DNA of 64,000 nucleotides from an uncultured Bacteroidales bacterium (GTDB lineage Bacteria; Bacteroidota; Bacteroidia; Bacteroidales; F082): NCBI GenBank assembly GCA_946185535.1, contig CAMHJX010000010.1, positions 18,492 to 82,491 of the forward strand, read 5' to 3'. Shown piece by piece: positions 8,334 to 18,240 of this stretch (position 1 is its first letter; each line of letters starts with the position of its first letter). The notes under the pieces were generated by a model. It saw only the letters and a program-made list of their open reading frames with translations, ran no database searches and was not told where the DNA came from. The position numbers and the translations under genes were made by a program.

Positions 8334-10778
8334 TCAATTCAAATGCTGTCCCGACACATTGTAGCGTTTTCCATCCTTGATGATGACGACGTGTCCGTCT
8401 TCAATCACTTTTTTGACAGACGGCCCAATGTCTTCCTTTTCATCGTTATCATCGATGCTATTGGCTGGCTTTAATAGAGGGATAGACCAGATGATTTCCG
8501 ACTCGACACCGTTGGCGTACACTTCGCTGATGCCGAAACGATACTCTCCTGCAATGGCATTGTCCCAAGAATGGTCTATAAAAGATGTTTCGGTGACATG
8601 GTCGGCAAGCATCACGATGTTTCCTTCGCTATTGCTACGATATAGACGATAGTGCATAATACGAGCGAGAGGACAATCAATTTCGAAAATATAGATAATA
8701 CTGCTATCTAAATTGTAATTGTATGTGGCAACAAACAAGGCATCCTTGCCATAATATTTCCCAATGCAAGCACCTACTGGATGACCTGTGTAATTCAATG
8801 GAGCCATGTAACGGTTGTTGAAACTTCCGTCGAAGGTGTCATAATTTCTAACATTATGGTGATCAATTATCAACAAATGTAAGTTGCCGTCTTCGGCGAT
8901 GATGCTTCCAAATCCATAAATAAAATCTGTAGTTGACAATATGGGCACATTGCAAATCATTTCGCCTTGGCGGTTAACAAACACTAGATTATTGCCAGTC
9001 ACTCCCCTTAACCAGAAGCTGTCGTTTGTAGCATCATATGCACAATATTCAGGTCTAAAGTTCATGTTAATACTGTCCACTATGGTTTTGTGGGTAAAGT
9101 CGGTTAAATAAAGATACAAGGAGTATATATGGTCATTCCCGAAATAAAGAAAATTGCCGTCGTTTGTTATGTTGAGGGCATAGGCGTTTTCTAGTTCAAA
9201 CAAATCCACCAAATCGCCGTCCATCGTATATTTCTTCAGCCCTACAATTGATTTTCCCAATTCATCGTATCTGTTGTAATTGGTATAGATGTATTCGCCA
9301 TCTGTGGTCACGCCTCTCATTTCTCCGTCAATTTCCAATTGTTTCAAAAGGTTCCATTCATGAATGCTGTCATAGTTCCATGTCAGGTAGACGTATGGAC
9401 TGTTCACATCATTCGTGTCGGGTGAGTGAAATGCTAGTATTTCCTTTACGGGATTGAAGGAAAAGTGTGCTTCGATATCGTTGACATCGGCATTGACCAC
9501 AAACGAGTATGACCTATCGTAGGAAATGATATTTCCGCGTTTCTTCCAATAACTAAATGTACTGTTTGCATTGGGCACCGCAGTAAGCGTGCATTGTTCA
9601 CCAATATGATATTCTCCGGTTCCTTCTATGGTGCCGGCTGTGGGAGGATAAGCCGTAACCTCAATAATCCAAGGTTCATATTCCGGATTGATGTCGAGGA
9701 TGGCGAAGTTTTTTTCGTTAAAGCTATATCCGATCGGATTCAGATGTCCCAAGGCGAAATAGCCGTTGGCGCGACCCCATCCCCAATTAAAGTGTAGCAA
9801 GTCGTTGCCGTCGTAGCCGTCACAAACGAAGGCATGGCTGCCTTGGCTGCCTTTACCTCCATAGAATACGGGTCGTTGTAAGTCAAGACAGGCCTTCAGC
9901 ATCGAAATCCATTCTTCGTCGCTGAAATCACTTCGCTTTTCGATATGGAGCCGTCTTGAATAATTGAAGTAGCGTATCAATGCATCGGGCACATCTCCTG
10001 AATCAGCACCAGAACCGTTGGTGGTATATTGCATGTCAACGGAAACGCCGCAATGGAACAGTAAGGTTGCCACTGCCTCAACTTCAATGTCGCTGGAATC
10101 GTCGGTCAGCGAATCGGGCATGTGGTCCCAGTCGTAGACGGTGTTGCCGAAATCAGCGGAAAGTTGAAACCCTGAATTGTTGTAAGAGTTCGCTCCCCAG
10201 CCAGTTTCTGGATAGCGCCAATAGTGCATGATCTGACCCATGGCCACGGCCACGCAACCCACTTCGGCATGGCCACACGGGACTTTTGAAAAGGTGGGGC
10301 AGAGTTCGTTGTAATGGCATCCCTGCTCCCACATTTCGGTTAGCAAGGGATCGACGGATTTGGCGGTTTTGCTTTCGTTGAGTCGCCCAGTGGCCTTCGC
10401 CAATTCCCATTGGCTTGCCGTGAGTTCATCCGCTTCAATATGGTTTACGATGCCGAATTGTATCCTTGCGACGAAGTCCTGCAAATAGGCCTCCATTTGC
10501 TCTGGAATGGCGTTCGGGTCGAAACGGCCTTCATGGGAATAGCCGATAATAGGCGTCTCGCAATCGTTGGCCGAAACGATGACGAAGCCGTCCTCTGTGT
10601 TGAAGACATAGAATGCGGCAGCGTTCTTGTCTGTTCGATAAGTGGAGACTAGTTGCGCGTCGCTGGCTCCCGTGAACTTGACGGCGATGGATTGCGCCGT
10701 TTGCAGGTCGACGGGATGGGCTATAGTGCTTAAAATCAACCCCAAAAAGGCGATGCAGAGTAGGGAAATGCGTTTCAT
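8334..10778 (-). CDS. Secreted C10-family cysteine protease, paralog 2 (variable domain type B)
   Basis: The ATG at 10778 gives MKRISLLCIAFLGLILSTIAHP. Same propeptide and C10 catalytic motifs, with a distinct central domain (..EIDGEMRGVTTDGEYIYTNYNRYDELGKS..). It lies 29 nt upstream of paralog 1. Confidence 0.85.
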   Translation of the reverse strand: MKRISLLCIAFLGLILSTIAHPVDLQTAQSIAVKFTGASDAQLVSTYRTDKNAAAFYVFNTEDGFVIVSANDCETPIIGYSHEGRFDPNAIPEQMEAYLQDFVARIQFGIVNHIEADELTASQWELAKATGRLNESKTAKSVDPLLTEMWEQGCHYNELCPTFSKVPCGHAEVGCVAVAMGQIMHYWRYPETGWGANSYNNSGFQLSADFGNTVYDWDHMPDSLTDDSSDIEVEAVATLLFHCGVSVDMQYTTNGSGADSGDVPDALIRYFNYSRRLHIEKRSDFSDEEWISMLKACLDLQRPVFYGGKGSQGSHAFVCDGYDGNDLLHFNWGWGRANGYFALGHLNPIGYSFNEKNFAILDINPEYEPWIIEVTAYPPTAGTIEGTGEYHIGEQCTLTAVPNANSTFSYWKKRGNIISYDRSYSFVVNADVNDIEAHFSFNPVKEILAFHSPDTNDVNSPYVYLTWNYDSIHEWNLLKQLEIDGEMRGVTTDGEYIYTNYNRYDELGKSIVGLKKYTMDGDLVDLFELENAYALNITNDGNFLYFGNDHIYSLYLYLTDFTHKTIVDSINMNFRPEYCAYDATNDSFWLRGVTGNNLVFVNRQGEMICNVPILSTTDFIYGFGSIIAEDGNLHLLIIDHHNVRNYDTFDGSFNNRYMAPLNYTGHPVGACIGKYYGKDALFVATYNYNLDSSIIYIFEIDCPLARIMHYRLYRSNSEGNIVMLADHVTETSFIDHSWDNAIAGEYRFGISEVYANGVESEIIWSIPLLKPANSIDDNDEKEDIGPSVKKVIEDGHVVIIKDGKRYNVSGQHLN

Positions 10779-10804
10779 ATGCTTTCTTTTTATTATTATC
10801 TTTT

Positions 10805-13231
10805 TCAATTCAAATGCTGGCCCAATACATTGTAGCGTTTACCGTCCTTGATGATGACGATGTGTCCGTCTTCAATCACTTTCTGGACAGATTGGTCAGC
10901 GTAAATCTCTTTGCCATCATCGTTTTCCTCGATGGCATCAAACACACTCTCAATAGGATTGGACCATAGTATTTCCGATTCATTGCCGTTGGCGAAAACC
11001 GAGCTGATGCCAAAGCGGTAGGATCCGGCTAGAGTTTGGTTCCATGTGTGGTCACTGAACGAATTGCCCGCTATTCCATCGGCTAGCATCACAGTATTGC
11101 CTTCATTGTCTGTGCGATAAATGCGGTAGCCCATTATTTGTGACAAGTTGGTCTTGATTTCATAAATGCAGAGGGTGTTGCCAGAAATAACAAACAATGC
11201 ATCCTTGCCCTCGTATTCCCCAACGCAGGCGTCTTTGGTATTGCTAATGGTAATCAATGGACGATTATGGATTATGTTGTTGTTGATGTCATAATCGTAT
11301 ACCTCTCCGCTGACCAATAGCAAATGCGGACTACCGTCTTTAGCGATGATGAATCCGGTGCCCTTTGTCGTGTTTGGTATAAGAGGACCATTGGATAGCA
11401 AATGTCCTTGTCGGTCTACAAACTTTAATCTGATTTGTTGGACTTCCGATTCGGACAGCCAAAACCCGTTGTTGGTATTGTCATAGCTACATGTAGATAT
11501 TCTCCAGATATCTGTTAGAGAGATGGAACCAATATATGTTTTGTTTGCTAAGTCAACACGATGCAGCCTTTTTATTTCGTTGAAAGTACGGGTACAATAG
11601 AAATAGTCTCCGTCGTAGGCCAGAAACCTGGAAAAAACAGTATTTTGTGCATTTAGATTAAATAGTTCAACTAATTCACCTTCAAAAGTGTATTTTCCGA
11701 ACATGAACGAATAGTTATCGGAGCTACTCGGATCATTGCTGGTGTAGATGAATTCGCCATCGGTGGCTACGCCATCTTCATAATTAATATCGAATTGTTT
11801 CAAAAGCACACATTCGGTGTCGTCATGGGTCCAGGACAGATTCACATAGGGACTGTTCGGATCGTTCGGGTCAGGTGCATAGCTCGCCTCGATTTGTTTC
11901 ACGGGCAGGTGAGAAAAGTAGGCTACATAGTTATTTATGTCGCCTTCCACATTTATGGTGATGGTTGTGTCGCAGGATGTGATTTGGCCATCTTTCTTCC
12001 AGTATTTGAATTCGCAATTTTCGTTGGGTATCGCAGTAAGCACGCATTGCTCGCCAATATGATATTCTCCGGTTCCTTCAATGGTCCCGGCTGTAGGAGG
12101 ATAAGCCGTAGCCTCAATAATACATGGCTCATATTCCGGATTGATGTCGAGTATGGCAAAATTCTTTTCGTTAAAGCTGTATCCAATCGGATTCAAGTTG
12201 CCCAAGGCGAAATAGCCATTGGCGCGACCCCATCCCCAGTTGAAATGGAGCAGGTCGTTGCTGTCGTAGCCGTCGCACACGAAGGCATGACTGCCTTGAC
12301 TGCCTTTTCCTCCGTAATACACGGGTCGCTGTAGGTTGAGGCAAGACTTCAACATCAATATCCATTCTGCATCATTGTGATCACTATGTTTCTCGATATG
12401 GAGACTGCTTGAATATTTGAAATGCTTTATCAATGCATCAGGGACATCACCTGAGTCGGCCCCTGAACCGTTAGTGGTGTATTTCATGTTTACCGAAACT
12501 CCACAATGGAAAAGCAGTGTCGCTACAGCTTCAATTTCAGCGTCGCTGGAGTCGTCAGTCAGCGAATCGGGCATGTGGTCCCAATCGTACACGGTGTTGC
12601 CGAAATCAGCGGAAAGTTGAAACCCTGAATTGTTGTAAGAGTGCGACCCCCAGCCAGTTTCTGGATAGCGCCAATAGTGCATGATCTGACCCATGGCCAC
12701 AGCCACGCAGCCCACTTCGGCATGGCCACACGGGACTTTTGAAAAGGTGGGGCAGAGCTCGTTGTAATGGCATCCCTGCTCCCACATTTCGGTTAACAGT
12801 GGCTCGACGGCTGTGGCGGTTTTGCTTTCGTTGAGCCGCCCAGTATTCTTCACCATTTCCCATTGTCTTGTCGTCACTTCATCCGCCGCAATATGGTTTT
12901 CGATGCCGTATTGTATCCTTTCCACGAAGTCCTGCAAATAGGCCTCCATTTGCTCGGGAACGTCGTTTGGGTCGAAACGACCTTCATGGGAATAGCCGAT
13001 GATAGGCGTCTCGCAATCGTCGGCCGAAACGATGATGAAACCGTCAGAGGTGTTGAAGACATAGAATGCGGCAGCGCTCTTGTCTGTTCGATAAGTGAAG
13101 ACTAATTGCACATCTCTTGTTCCCATGAACTTGGCAGCGACGGATTGCGCTGTTTGCAGGTCGACGGGATGAGCTATAGTGCTTAAAAACAACCCGAAAA
13201 AGGCGATGCAGAGTAGGGAAATGCGTTTCAT
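10805..13231 (-). CDS. Secreted C10-family cysteine protease, paralog 3 (variable domain type C)
   Basis: MKRISLLCIAFFGLFLSTIAHP. Same catalytic motifs, with a distinct central domain (..DINYEDGVATDGEFIYTSNDPSSSDNYSF..). Confidence 0.85.
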   Translation of the reverse strand: MKRISLLCIAFFGLFLSTIAHPVDLQTAQSVAAKFMGTRDVQLVFTYRTDKSAAAFYVFNTSDGFIIVSADDCETPIIGYSHEGRFDPNDVPEQMEAYLQDFVERIQYGIENHIAADEVTTRQWEMVKNTGRLNESKTATAVEPLLTEMWEQGCHYNELCPTFSKVPCGHAEVGCVAVAMGQIMHYWRYPETGWGSHSYNNSGFQLSADFGNTVYDWDHMPDSLTDDSSDAEIEAVATLLFHCGVSVNMKYTTNGSGADSGDVPDALIKHFKYSSSLHIEKHSDHNDAEWILMLKSCLNLQRPVYYGGKGSQGSHAFVCDGYDSNDLLHFNWGWGRANGYFALGNLNPIGYSFNEKNFAILDINPEYEPCIIEATAYPPTAGTIEGTGEYHIGEQCVLTAIPNENCEFKYWKKDGQITSCDTTITINVEGDINNYVAYFSHLPVKQIEASYAPDPNDPNSPYVNLSWTHDDTECVLLKQFDINYEDGVATDGEFIYTSNDPSSSDNYSFMFGKYTFEGELVELFNLNAQNTVFSRFLAYDGDYFYCTRTFNEIKRLHRVDLANKTYIGSISLTDIWRISTCSYDNTNNGFWLSESEVQQIRLKFVDRQGHLLSNGPLIPNTTKGTGFIIAKDGSPHLLLVSGEVYDYDINNNIIHNRPLITISNTKDACVGEYEGKDALFVISGNTLCIYEIKTNLSQIMGYRIYRTDNEGNTVMLADGIAGNSFSDHTWNQTLAGSYRFGISSVFANGNESEILWSNPIESVFDAIEENDDGKEIYADQSVQKVIEDGHIVIIKDGKRYNVLGQHLN

Positions 13232-13258
13232 ATGCTTTCTTTTTTATTATTATCTTTT

Positions 13259-15667
13259 TCAATTCAAATGCTGACCCGACACATTGTATCGTTTCCCGTC
13301 CTTGAAGATGACGATGTGCCCGTCTTCAATCACTTTTTGAACAGACGGCTCAGATTCTTCCTGGTTGCTGTTTTCATCCATGCCAAAGTCCGACTTCACG
13401 ATGGTGTCGGACCAAATGATTTCCGACTCGACACCGTTGGCGTACACTTCGCTGATGCCGAAACGGTATTCTCCAGCTTGAGCCTCATTCCAGGTGTAGT
13501 CGATATAGGATGTGCTGGTGACTTCATCTGCCAGCATTAGGCTGTTCCCTTCGCTGTCGGCACGATAGATTCGATAGCCCATGATTTGTTCCAGACGGCT
13601 CTTGATTTCATAAATGCGAATGGAGAAGCCAATGGCAATAAACATGGCATCTTTGCCATCGTATTTCCCAATGTGGGCTCCAACTCCGTAGGTGTAATCC
13701 CAGCCTGGATCCATCAAAGGACGGTCCAAGATAATGTTGTTGGTGATGTCATAATCGTAAACTCCAGTTTCACCTGACAGCAATAAGTGAGGGGTCCCGT
13801 CTTTTGCGGTGAAGTAGCCTGAGCCATAGATGGGTTCTGGTGCTGTTGGACTGAACATGATTCTTTGTCCTTGACGGTCATAAAGGATTGCTTCCTTATT
13901 ATGGTCAATCCAAAAGCCGTCATATTCAGGGTCGTAGGTCGTTGCCCCGAACCAAATGCCCATATCTATGCTGTCGTTGACAGTTTTGTTGTAAAGGTCT
14001 ATACTATATAAAACACTGAGTCCTGAACGTACACAATTACTATAAAAGTAAGTCCCATCGTAAGCAATGCCTAAAGTTTCCGGGACGCCTTCCACATTGA
14101 ACTTTTCGAGCAATTCTCCATCCATGGTGTATTTTCCGTATGAGAAAGGAGGGTTGTCCCAATATGCGTAGTTGACATAGATGTGTTCGCCGTCGGTGGC
14201 CACGCCGCCACATTCCTCATTACTGTCAATTTCCTTGAGGAGGCTCCACTCTGTATCAGCTTTGCTCCATGAAAGGCTTACACTAGTACTATTCGGGTTG
14301 CTTGCCTCGGGTGAATAACTTGCTGTGATTTGACTAACTGGAAAACAGGAAAATTGAGCCTCAATGTCGAGGATGTCTTCTTCCACACTAAGAGTTATGG
14401 AAGGCATGTTGGATATGATTTGCCCGTTTCTCTTCCAACAATAAAGCTGGTGGCCTTCTGCCGGAATTGCTGTCAGGGTGCATGAATCACCGATATGGTA
14501 TTCGCCAGCACCTTCGATAGTGCCTGCTGTTGATGGATAAGCCGTGGCTTCAACAATCCAAGGTTCATATTCCGGATTGATGTCGAGGATGGCAAAGTTG
14601 TTTTGGTTAAAGCTGTATCCAATGGGATTTATATGTCCCAAGGCGAAATAGCCGTTGGCGCGGCCCCATCCCCAGTTGAAGTGCAGCAAGTCGTTGTCGT
14701 CGTAGCCGTCACACACGAAAGCATGGCTACCTTGGCTGCCTTTACCTCCGTAAAACACGGGTCGCTGTAAGTCAAGGCAGCTCTTCAACATTGATATCCA
14801 TTCCTCATCATTGAAGTCACTGCGTTTTTCGAAATGGAGTCGTTTTGAGTAATTGAAATAGCGGACCAACGCGTCAGGGACATCGCCAGAATCGGCTCCA
14901 GAACCGTTGGTGGTGTATTTCATGTTTACCGAAACTCCACAATGGAAAAGCAGTGTCGCTACAGCCTCAATTTCAGCGTCGCTGGAGTCGTCGGTCAGCG
15001 AATCGGGCATATGGTCCCAGTCGTAGATGGTGTTGCCGAAATCAGCGGAAAGCGTGAGGCCTGCATTGTTGTAAGAGTGCGTCCCCCATCCGGTTTCCGG
15101 ATATCTCCAATAATGCATGATTTGTCCCATGGCCACGGCCACACAGCCCACTTCGGCATGACCACACGGGACTTTTGAAAAGGTGGGGCAGAGCTCGTTG
15201 TATAGGCATCCTTGCTCCCACATTTCGGTCAGCAAGGGCTCGACGGATCTGGAGGATCTGCTTTCGTTGAGCCGACCAGTGGTCTTCACCAGTTCCCATT
15301 TCCTTGCCGTGAGTTCATCCGCTTCAATATGGTTCTCGATTCCGTATTGTATCCTTGCCACGAAGTCCTGCAAATAGGCCTCCATTTGCTCGGGAACGGA
15401 GTTTGGGTCGAAACGGCCTTCATGGGAATAGCCGATGATGGGCGTCTCGCAATCGTCAGCCGAAACGATGACAAAGCCGTCTTCGGTATTGAAGACATAG
15501 AATGCTGCAGTGCTCTTGTCTGTTCGATAAGTGGAGACCAGTTGCGCATCGCTTGCTCCCATGAACTTGACGGCGATGGATTGCGCCGTTTGCAAGGTGA
15601 CGGGATGGGCTATAGTGCTTAAAAACAACCCGAAAAAGGCAATGCAGAGTAGGGAAATGCGTTTCAT
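13259..15667 (-). CDS. Secreted C10-family cysteine protease, paralog 4 (variable domain type A, identical to paralog 1)
   Basis: Same architecture. Its C-terminal ~298 aa are identical to paralog 1, and its central ~240 aa are identical to paralog 5. Confidence 0.85.
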   Translation of the reverse strand: MKRISLLCIAFFGLFLSTIAHPVTLQTAQSIAVKFMGASDAQLVSTYRTDKSTAAFYVFNTEDGFVIVSADDCETPIIGYSHEGRFDPNSVPEQMEAYLQDFVARIQYGIENHIEADELTARKWELVKTTGRLNESRSSRSVEPLLTEMWEQGCLYNELCPTFSKVPCGHAEVGCVAVAMGQIMHYWRYPETGWGTHSYNNAGLTLSADFGNTIYDWDHMPDSLTDDSSDAEIEAVATLLFHCGVSVNMKYTTNGSGADSGDVPDALVRYFNYSKRLHFEKRSDFNDEEWISMLKSCLDLQRPVFYGGKGSQGSHAFVCDGYDDNDLLHFNWGWGRANGYFALGHINPIGYSFNQNNFAILDINPEYEPWIVEATAYPSTAGTIEGAGEYHIGDSCTLTAIPAEGHQLYCWKRNGQIISNMPSITLSVEEDILDIEAQFSCFPVSQITASYSPEASNPNSTSVSLSWSKADTEWSLLKEIDSNEECGGVATDGEHIYVNYAYWDNPPFSYGKYTMDGELLEKFNVEGVPETLGIAYDGTYFYSNCVRSGLSVLYSIDLYNKTVNDSIDMGIWFGATTYDPEYDGFWIDHNKEAILYDRQGQRIMFSPTAPEPIYGSGYFTAKDGTPHLLLSGETGVYDYDITNNIILDRPLMDPGWDYTYGVGAHIGKYDGKDAMFIAIGFSIRIYEIKSRLEQIMGYRIYRADSEGNSLMLADEVTSTSYIDYTWNEAQAGEYRFGISEVYANGVESEIIWSDTIVKSDFGMDENSNQEESEPSVQKVIEDGHIVIFKDGKRYNVSGQHLN

Positions 15668-15691
15668 ATGTTTTTGTTTTTATTATCAAAT

Positions 15692-18121
15692 TCAATTCAA
15701 ATGCTGGCCCGATACATTGTAGCGTTTACCGTCCTTGATGATGACGATGTGTCCGTCTTCAATCACTTTCTGGACAGAAGGCTCTTGGCTTTCCTGGTTG
15801 CTGTTCTCATTCATGCCAAAGTCCGTCTTCACGATGGTATCGGACCAAATGATTTCTGACTCGACACCGTTGGCGTACACTTCACTGATGCCGAAACAAT
15901 ATACGCCAGCGGGGGCCTCGTTCCAAGTTGAGTCAATGTATGAAGCGCCGATTAATTCGTTGGCAAGTGTCACAATATGTTCCTCGCTGTCTTTACGATA
16001 GATGCGGTAACCGACAATCTGCGAAAGTGTGTTTTTGATTTCAAATATGCGAACGGTAGAGTCAATGACGGCGAATAGGGCATCTTTCCCATCGTATTTT
16101 CCGATGGAGCAACCAAAGACAAAGCCGTCATCAAAGACTAGCAAGGGATTGTCATTGAATCTGTTGTTGGTGATGTCGAAATCGTATACAACCCCGCCTT
16201 CCATTAGTACCAACAGATGGGGACTTCCGTCTTTGGCGATGATGTATCCTGTTCCCCTTATGTTGTTGTTGGTTTTAGGGCTTTTTGCTATTCTTTGTCC
16301 CTGACGGTTTACGAGTGTCAATTCGCTTTTATATGATGGAAGATTAAAATTGGATAGCCAAAATCCATCGTTTTCGGAGTCGTAGGCGCAACATTCGAAT
16401 TCCATCCCCGTATTGATGCTGTCGATGATTCTTTTGTTGGCGAAATCGATGCAATAAAGTATGCGACTGTCTTCAAGCCAAGCCATATTGTTTCCGCAAT
16501 AGAAGTAGTCCCCGTCGGTTGTCATGGCAAAGGCATAGAATTCGTCTTTAACATTAAAATGCTCCTCCAAATCACCATCCATGGTGTACTTTCCAAATGC
16601 CATTGGATTACTCCAATCTGTGCTATAGCAGGTGTAGATGTACTCGCCATCGGTTGCTACGCTGTTTTCGCCTTGAATATCAAATTGTTTTATGGGTATC
16701 CACTCGATATAGGCGTGACTCCATGACAAGCTCACACTTGGACTGTTTGGATTGCTTGCCTCGGGTGAATAACTTGCTGTGATTTGACTAACTGGAAAAC
16801 AGGAAAATTGAGCCTCAATGTCGAGGATGTCTTCTTCCACACTAAGAGTTATGGAAGGCATGTTGGATATGATTTGCCCGTTTCTCTTCCAACAATAAAG
16901 CTGGTGGCCTTCTGCCGGAATTGCTGTCAGGGTGCATGAATCACCGATATGGTATTCGCCAGCACCTTCGATAGTGCCTGCTGTTGATGGATAAGCCGTG
17001 GCTTCAACAATCCAAGGTTCATATTCCGGATTGATGTCGAGGATGGCAAAGTTGTTTTGGTTAAAGCTGTATCCAATGGGATTTATATGTCCCAAGGCGA
17101 AATAGCCGTTGGCGCGGCCCCATCCCCAGTTGAAGTGCAGCAAGTCGTTGTCGTCGTAGCCGTCACACACGAAAGCATGGCTACCTTGGCTGCCTTTACC
17201 TCCGTAAAACACGGGTCGCTGTAAGTCAAGGCAGCTCTTCAACATTGATATCCATTCCTCATCATTGAAGTCACTGCGTTTTTCGAAATGGAGTCGTTTT
17301 GAGTAATTGAAATAGCGGACCAACGCGTCAGGGACATCGCCAGAATCGGCTCCAGAACCGTTGGTGGTGTATTTCATGTTTACCGAAACTCCACAATGGA
17401 AAAGCAGTGTCGCTACAGCCTCAATTTCAGCGTCGCTGGAGTCGTCGGTCAGCGAATCGGGCATATGGTCCCAGTCGTAGACGGTGTTGCCGAAATCAGC
17501 GGAAAGTGAGAGGCCTGCATTGTTATAAGAGTGCGAGCCCCATCCGGTTTCCGGATATCTCCAATAATGCATGATTTGTCCCATGGCCACAGCCACGCAG
17601 CCCACTTCGGCATGGCCACACGGGACTTTTGAAAAGGTGGGGCAGAGTTCGTTGTAATGGCATCCCTGCTCCCACATTTCGGTCAGCAGGGGCTCAACGG
17701 CTGTGGCAGTCTTGCTTTCGTTGAGCCGCCCAGTGTTCTTCACTAGTTCCCATTGCCTTGCCGTGAGTTCATCCGCTTCAAGATGGTTTTCGATGCCATA
17801 TTGTATCCTTGCGACGAAGTCCTGCAAATAGGCCTCCATTTGCACGGGAACGGTGTTCGGGCCGAAACGGCCTTCATGGGAATAGCCGATGATGGGTGTC
17901 TCGCAATCGTCGGCCGAAACGATGACGAAACCGTCCTCGGTATTAAAAACATAGAATGCGGCAGCGCTCTTGTCTGTTCGATAAGTGGAGACTAGTTGCG
18001 CGTCGCTGGCTCCCATGAACTTGACGGCGATGGATTGCGCCGTTTGCAGGTCGACGGGGCGGGCAGCAGTGCTTAATAACAACCCGAAAAAGGCAATGCA
18101 AAGTATAATCGTTCTTTTCAT
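15692..18121 (-). CDS. Secreted C10-family cysteine protease, paralog 5 (variable domain type D), first gene of the array
   Basis: MKRTIILCIAFFGLLLSTAARP. Same catalytic motifs, with a distinct central domain (..DIQGENSVATDGEYIYTCYSTDWSNPMAF..). The only TAnnTTTG box for the array lies upstream at 18151-18158. Confidence 0.85.
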   Translation of the reverse strand: MKRTIILCIAFFGLLLSTAARPVDLQTAQSIAVKFMGASDAQLVSTYRTDKSAAAFYVFNTEDGFVIVSADDCETPIIGYSHEGRFGPNTVPVQMEAYLQDFVARIQYGIENHLEADELTARQWELVKNTGRLNESKTATAVEPLLTEMWEQGCHYNELCPTFSKVPCGHAEVGCVAVAMGQIMHYWRYPETGWGSHSYNNAGLSLSADFGNTVYDWDHMPDSLTDDSSDAEIEAVATLLFHCGVSVNMKYTTNGSGADSGDVPDALVRYFNYSKRLHFEKRSDFNDEEWISMLKSCLDLQRPVFYGGKGSQGSHAFVCDGYDDNDLLHFNWGWGRANGYFALGHINPIGYSFNQNNFAILDINPEYEPWIVEATAYPSTAGTIEGAGEYHIGDSCTLTAIPAEGHQLYCWKRNGQIISNMPSITLSVEEDILDIEAQFSCFPVSQITASYSPEASNPNSPSVSLSWSHAYIEWIPIKQFDIQGENSVATDGEYIYTCYSTDWSNPMAFGKYTMDGDLEEHFNVKDEFYAFAMTTDGDYFYCGNNMAWLEDSRILYCIDFANKRIIDSINTGMEFECCAYDSENDGFWLSNFNLPSYKSELTLVNRQGQRIAKSPKTNNNIRGTGYIIAKDGSPHLLVLMEGGVVYDFDITNNRFNDNPLLVFDDGFVFGCSIGKYDGKDALFAVIDSTVRIFEIKNTLSQIVGYRIYRKDSEEHIVTLANELIGASYIDSTWNEAPAGVYCFGISEVYANGVESEIIWSDTIVKTDFGMNENSNQESQEPSVQKVIEDGHIVIIKDGKRYNVSGQHLN

Positions 18122-18150
18122 TTTATTTGAGTTAAAAATCGTTTCAGCGG

Positions 18151-18158
18151 CAAAAATA
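18151..18158 (-). promoter_or_regulatory. -7 box TATTTTTG upstream of the protease array
   Basis: The minus strand reads GTTATTTTTGCCG, 30 nt upstream of the ATG at 18121. The 24-29 nt spacers between paralogs contain no comparable box. Confidence 0.45.
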
Positions 18159-18240
18159 ACTGCTTTATTTCAAATATGCAAGTATTTATGCAAATAATTT
18201 GCCTGTATACCGAATAATGATGGAACTGCTTTCTTGTTCG

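Noticed and set aside
8305-8337. Upstream TTG starts giving MKTIIIKTKKN.. and MKKIIIKRKH.. extensions on protease paralogs 1 and 2 (also 10779-10808)
   Set aside because: The other three paralogs start directly at MKR(I/T).. with the signal peptide. The extensions are encoded by the A/T-rich inter-paralog spacer and would bury the signal peptide.
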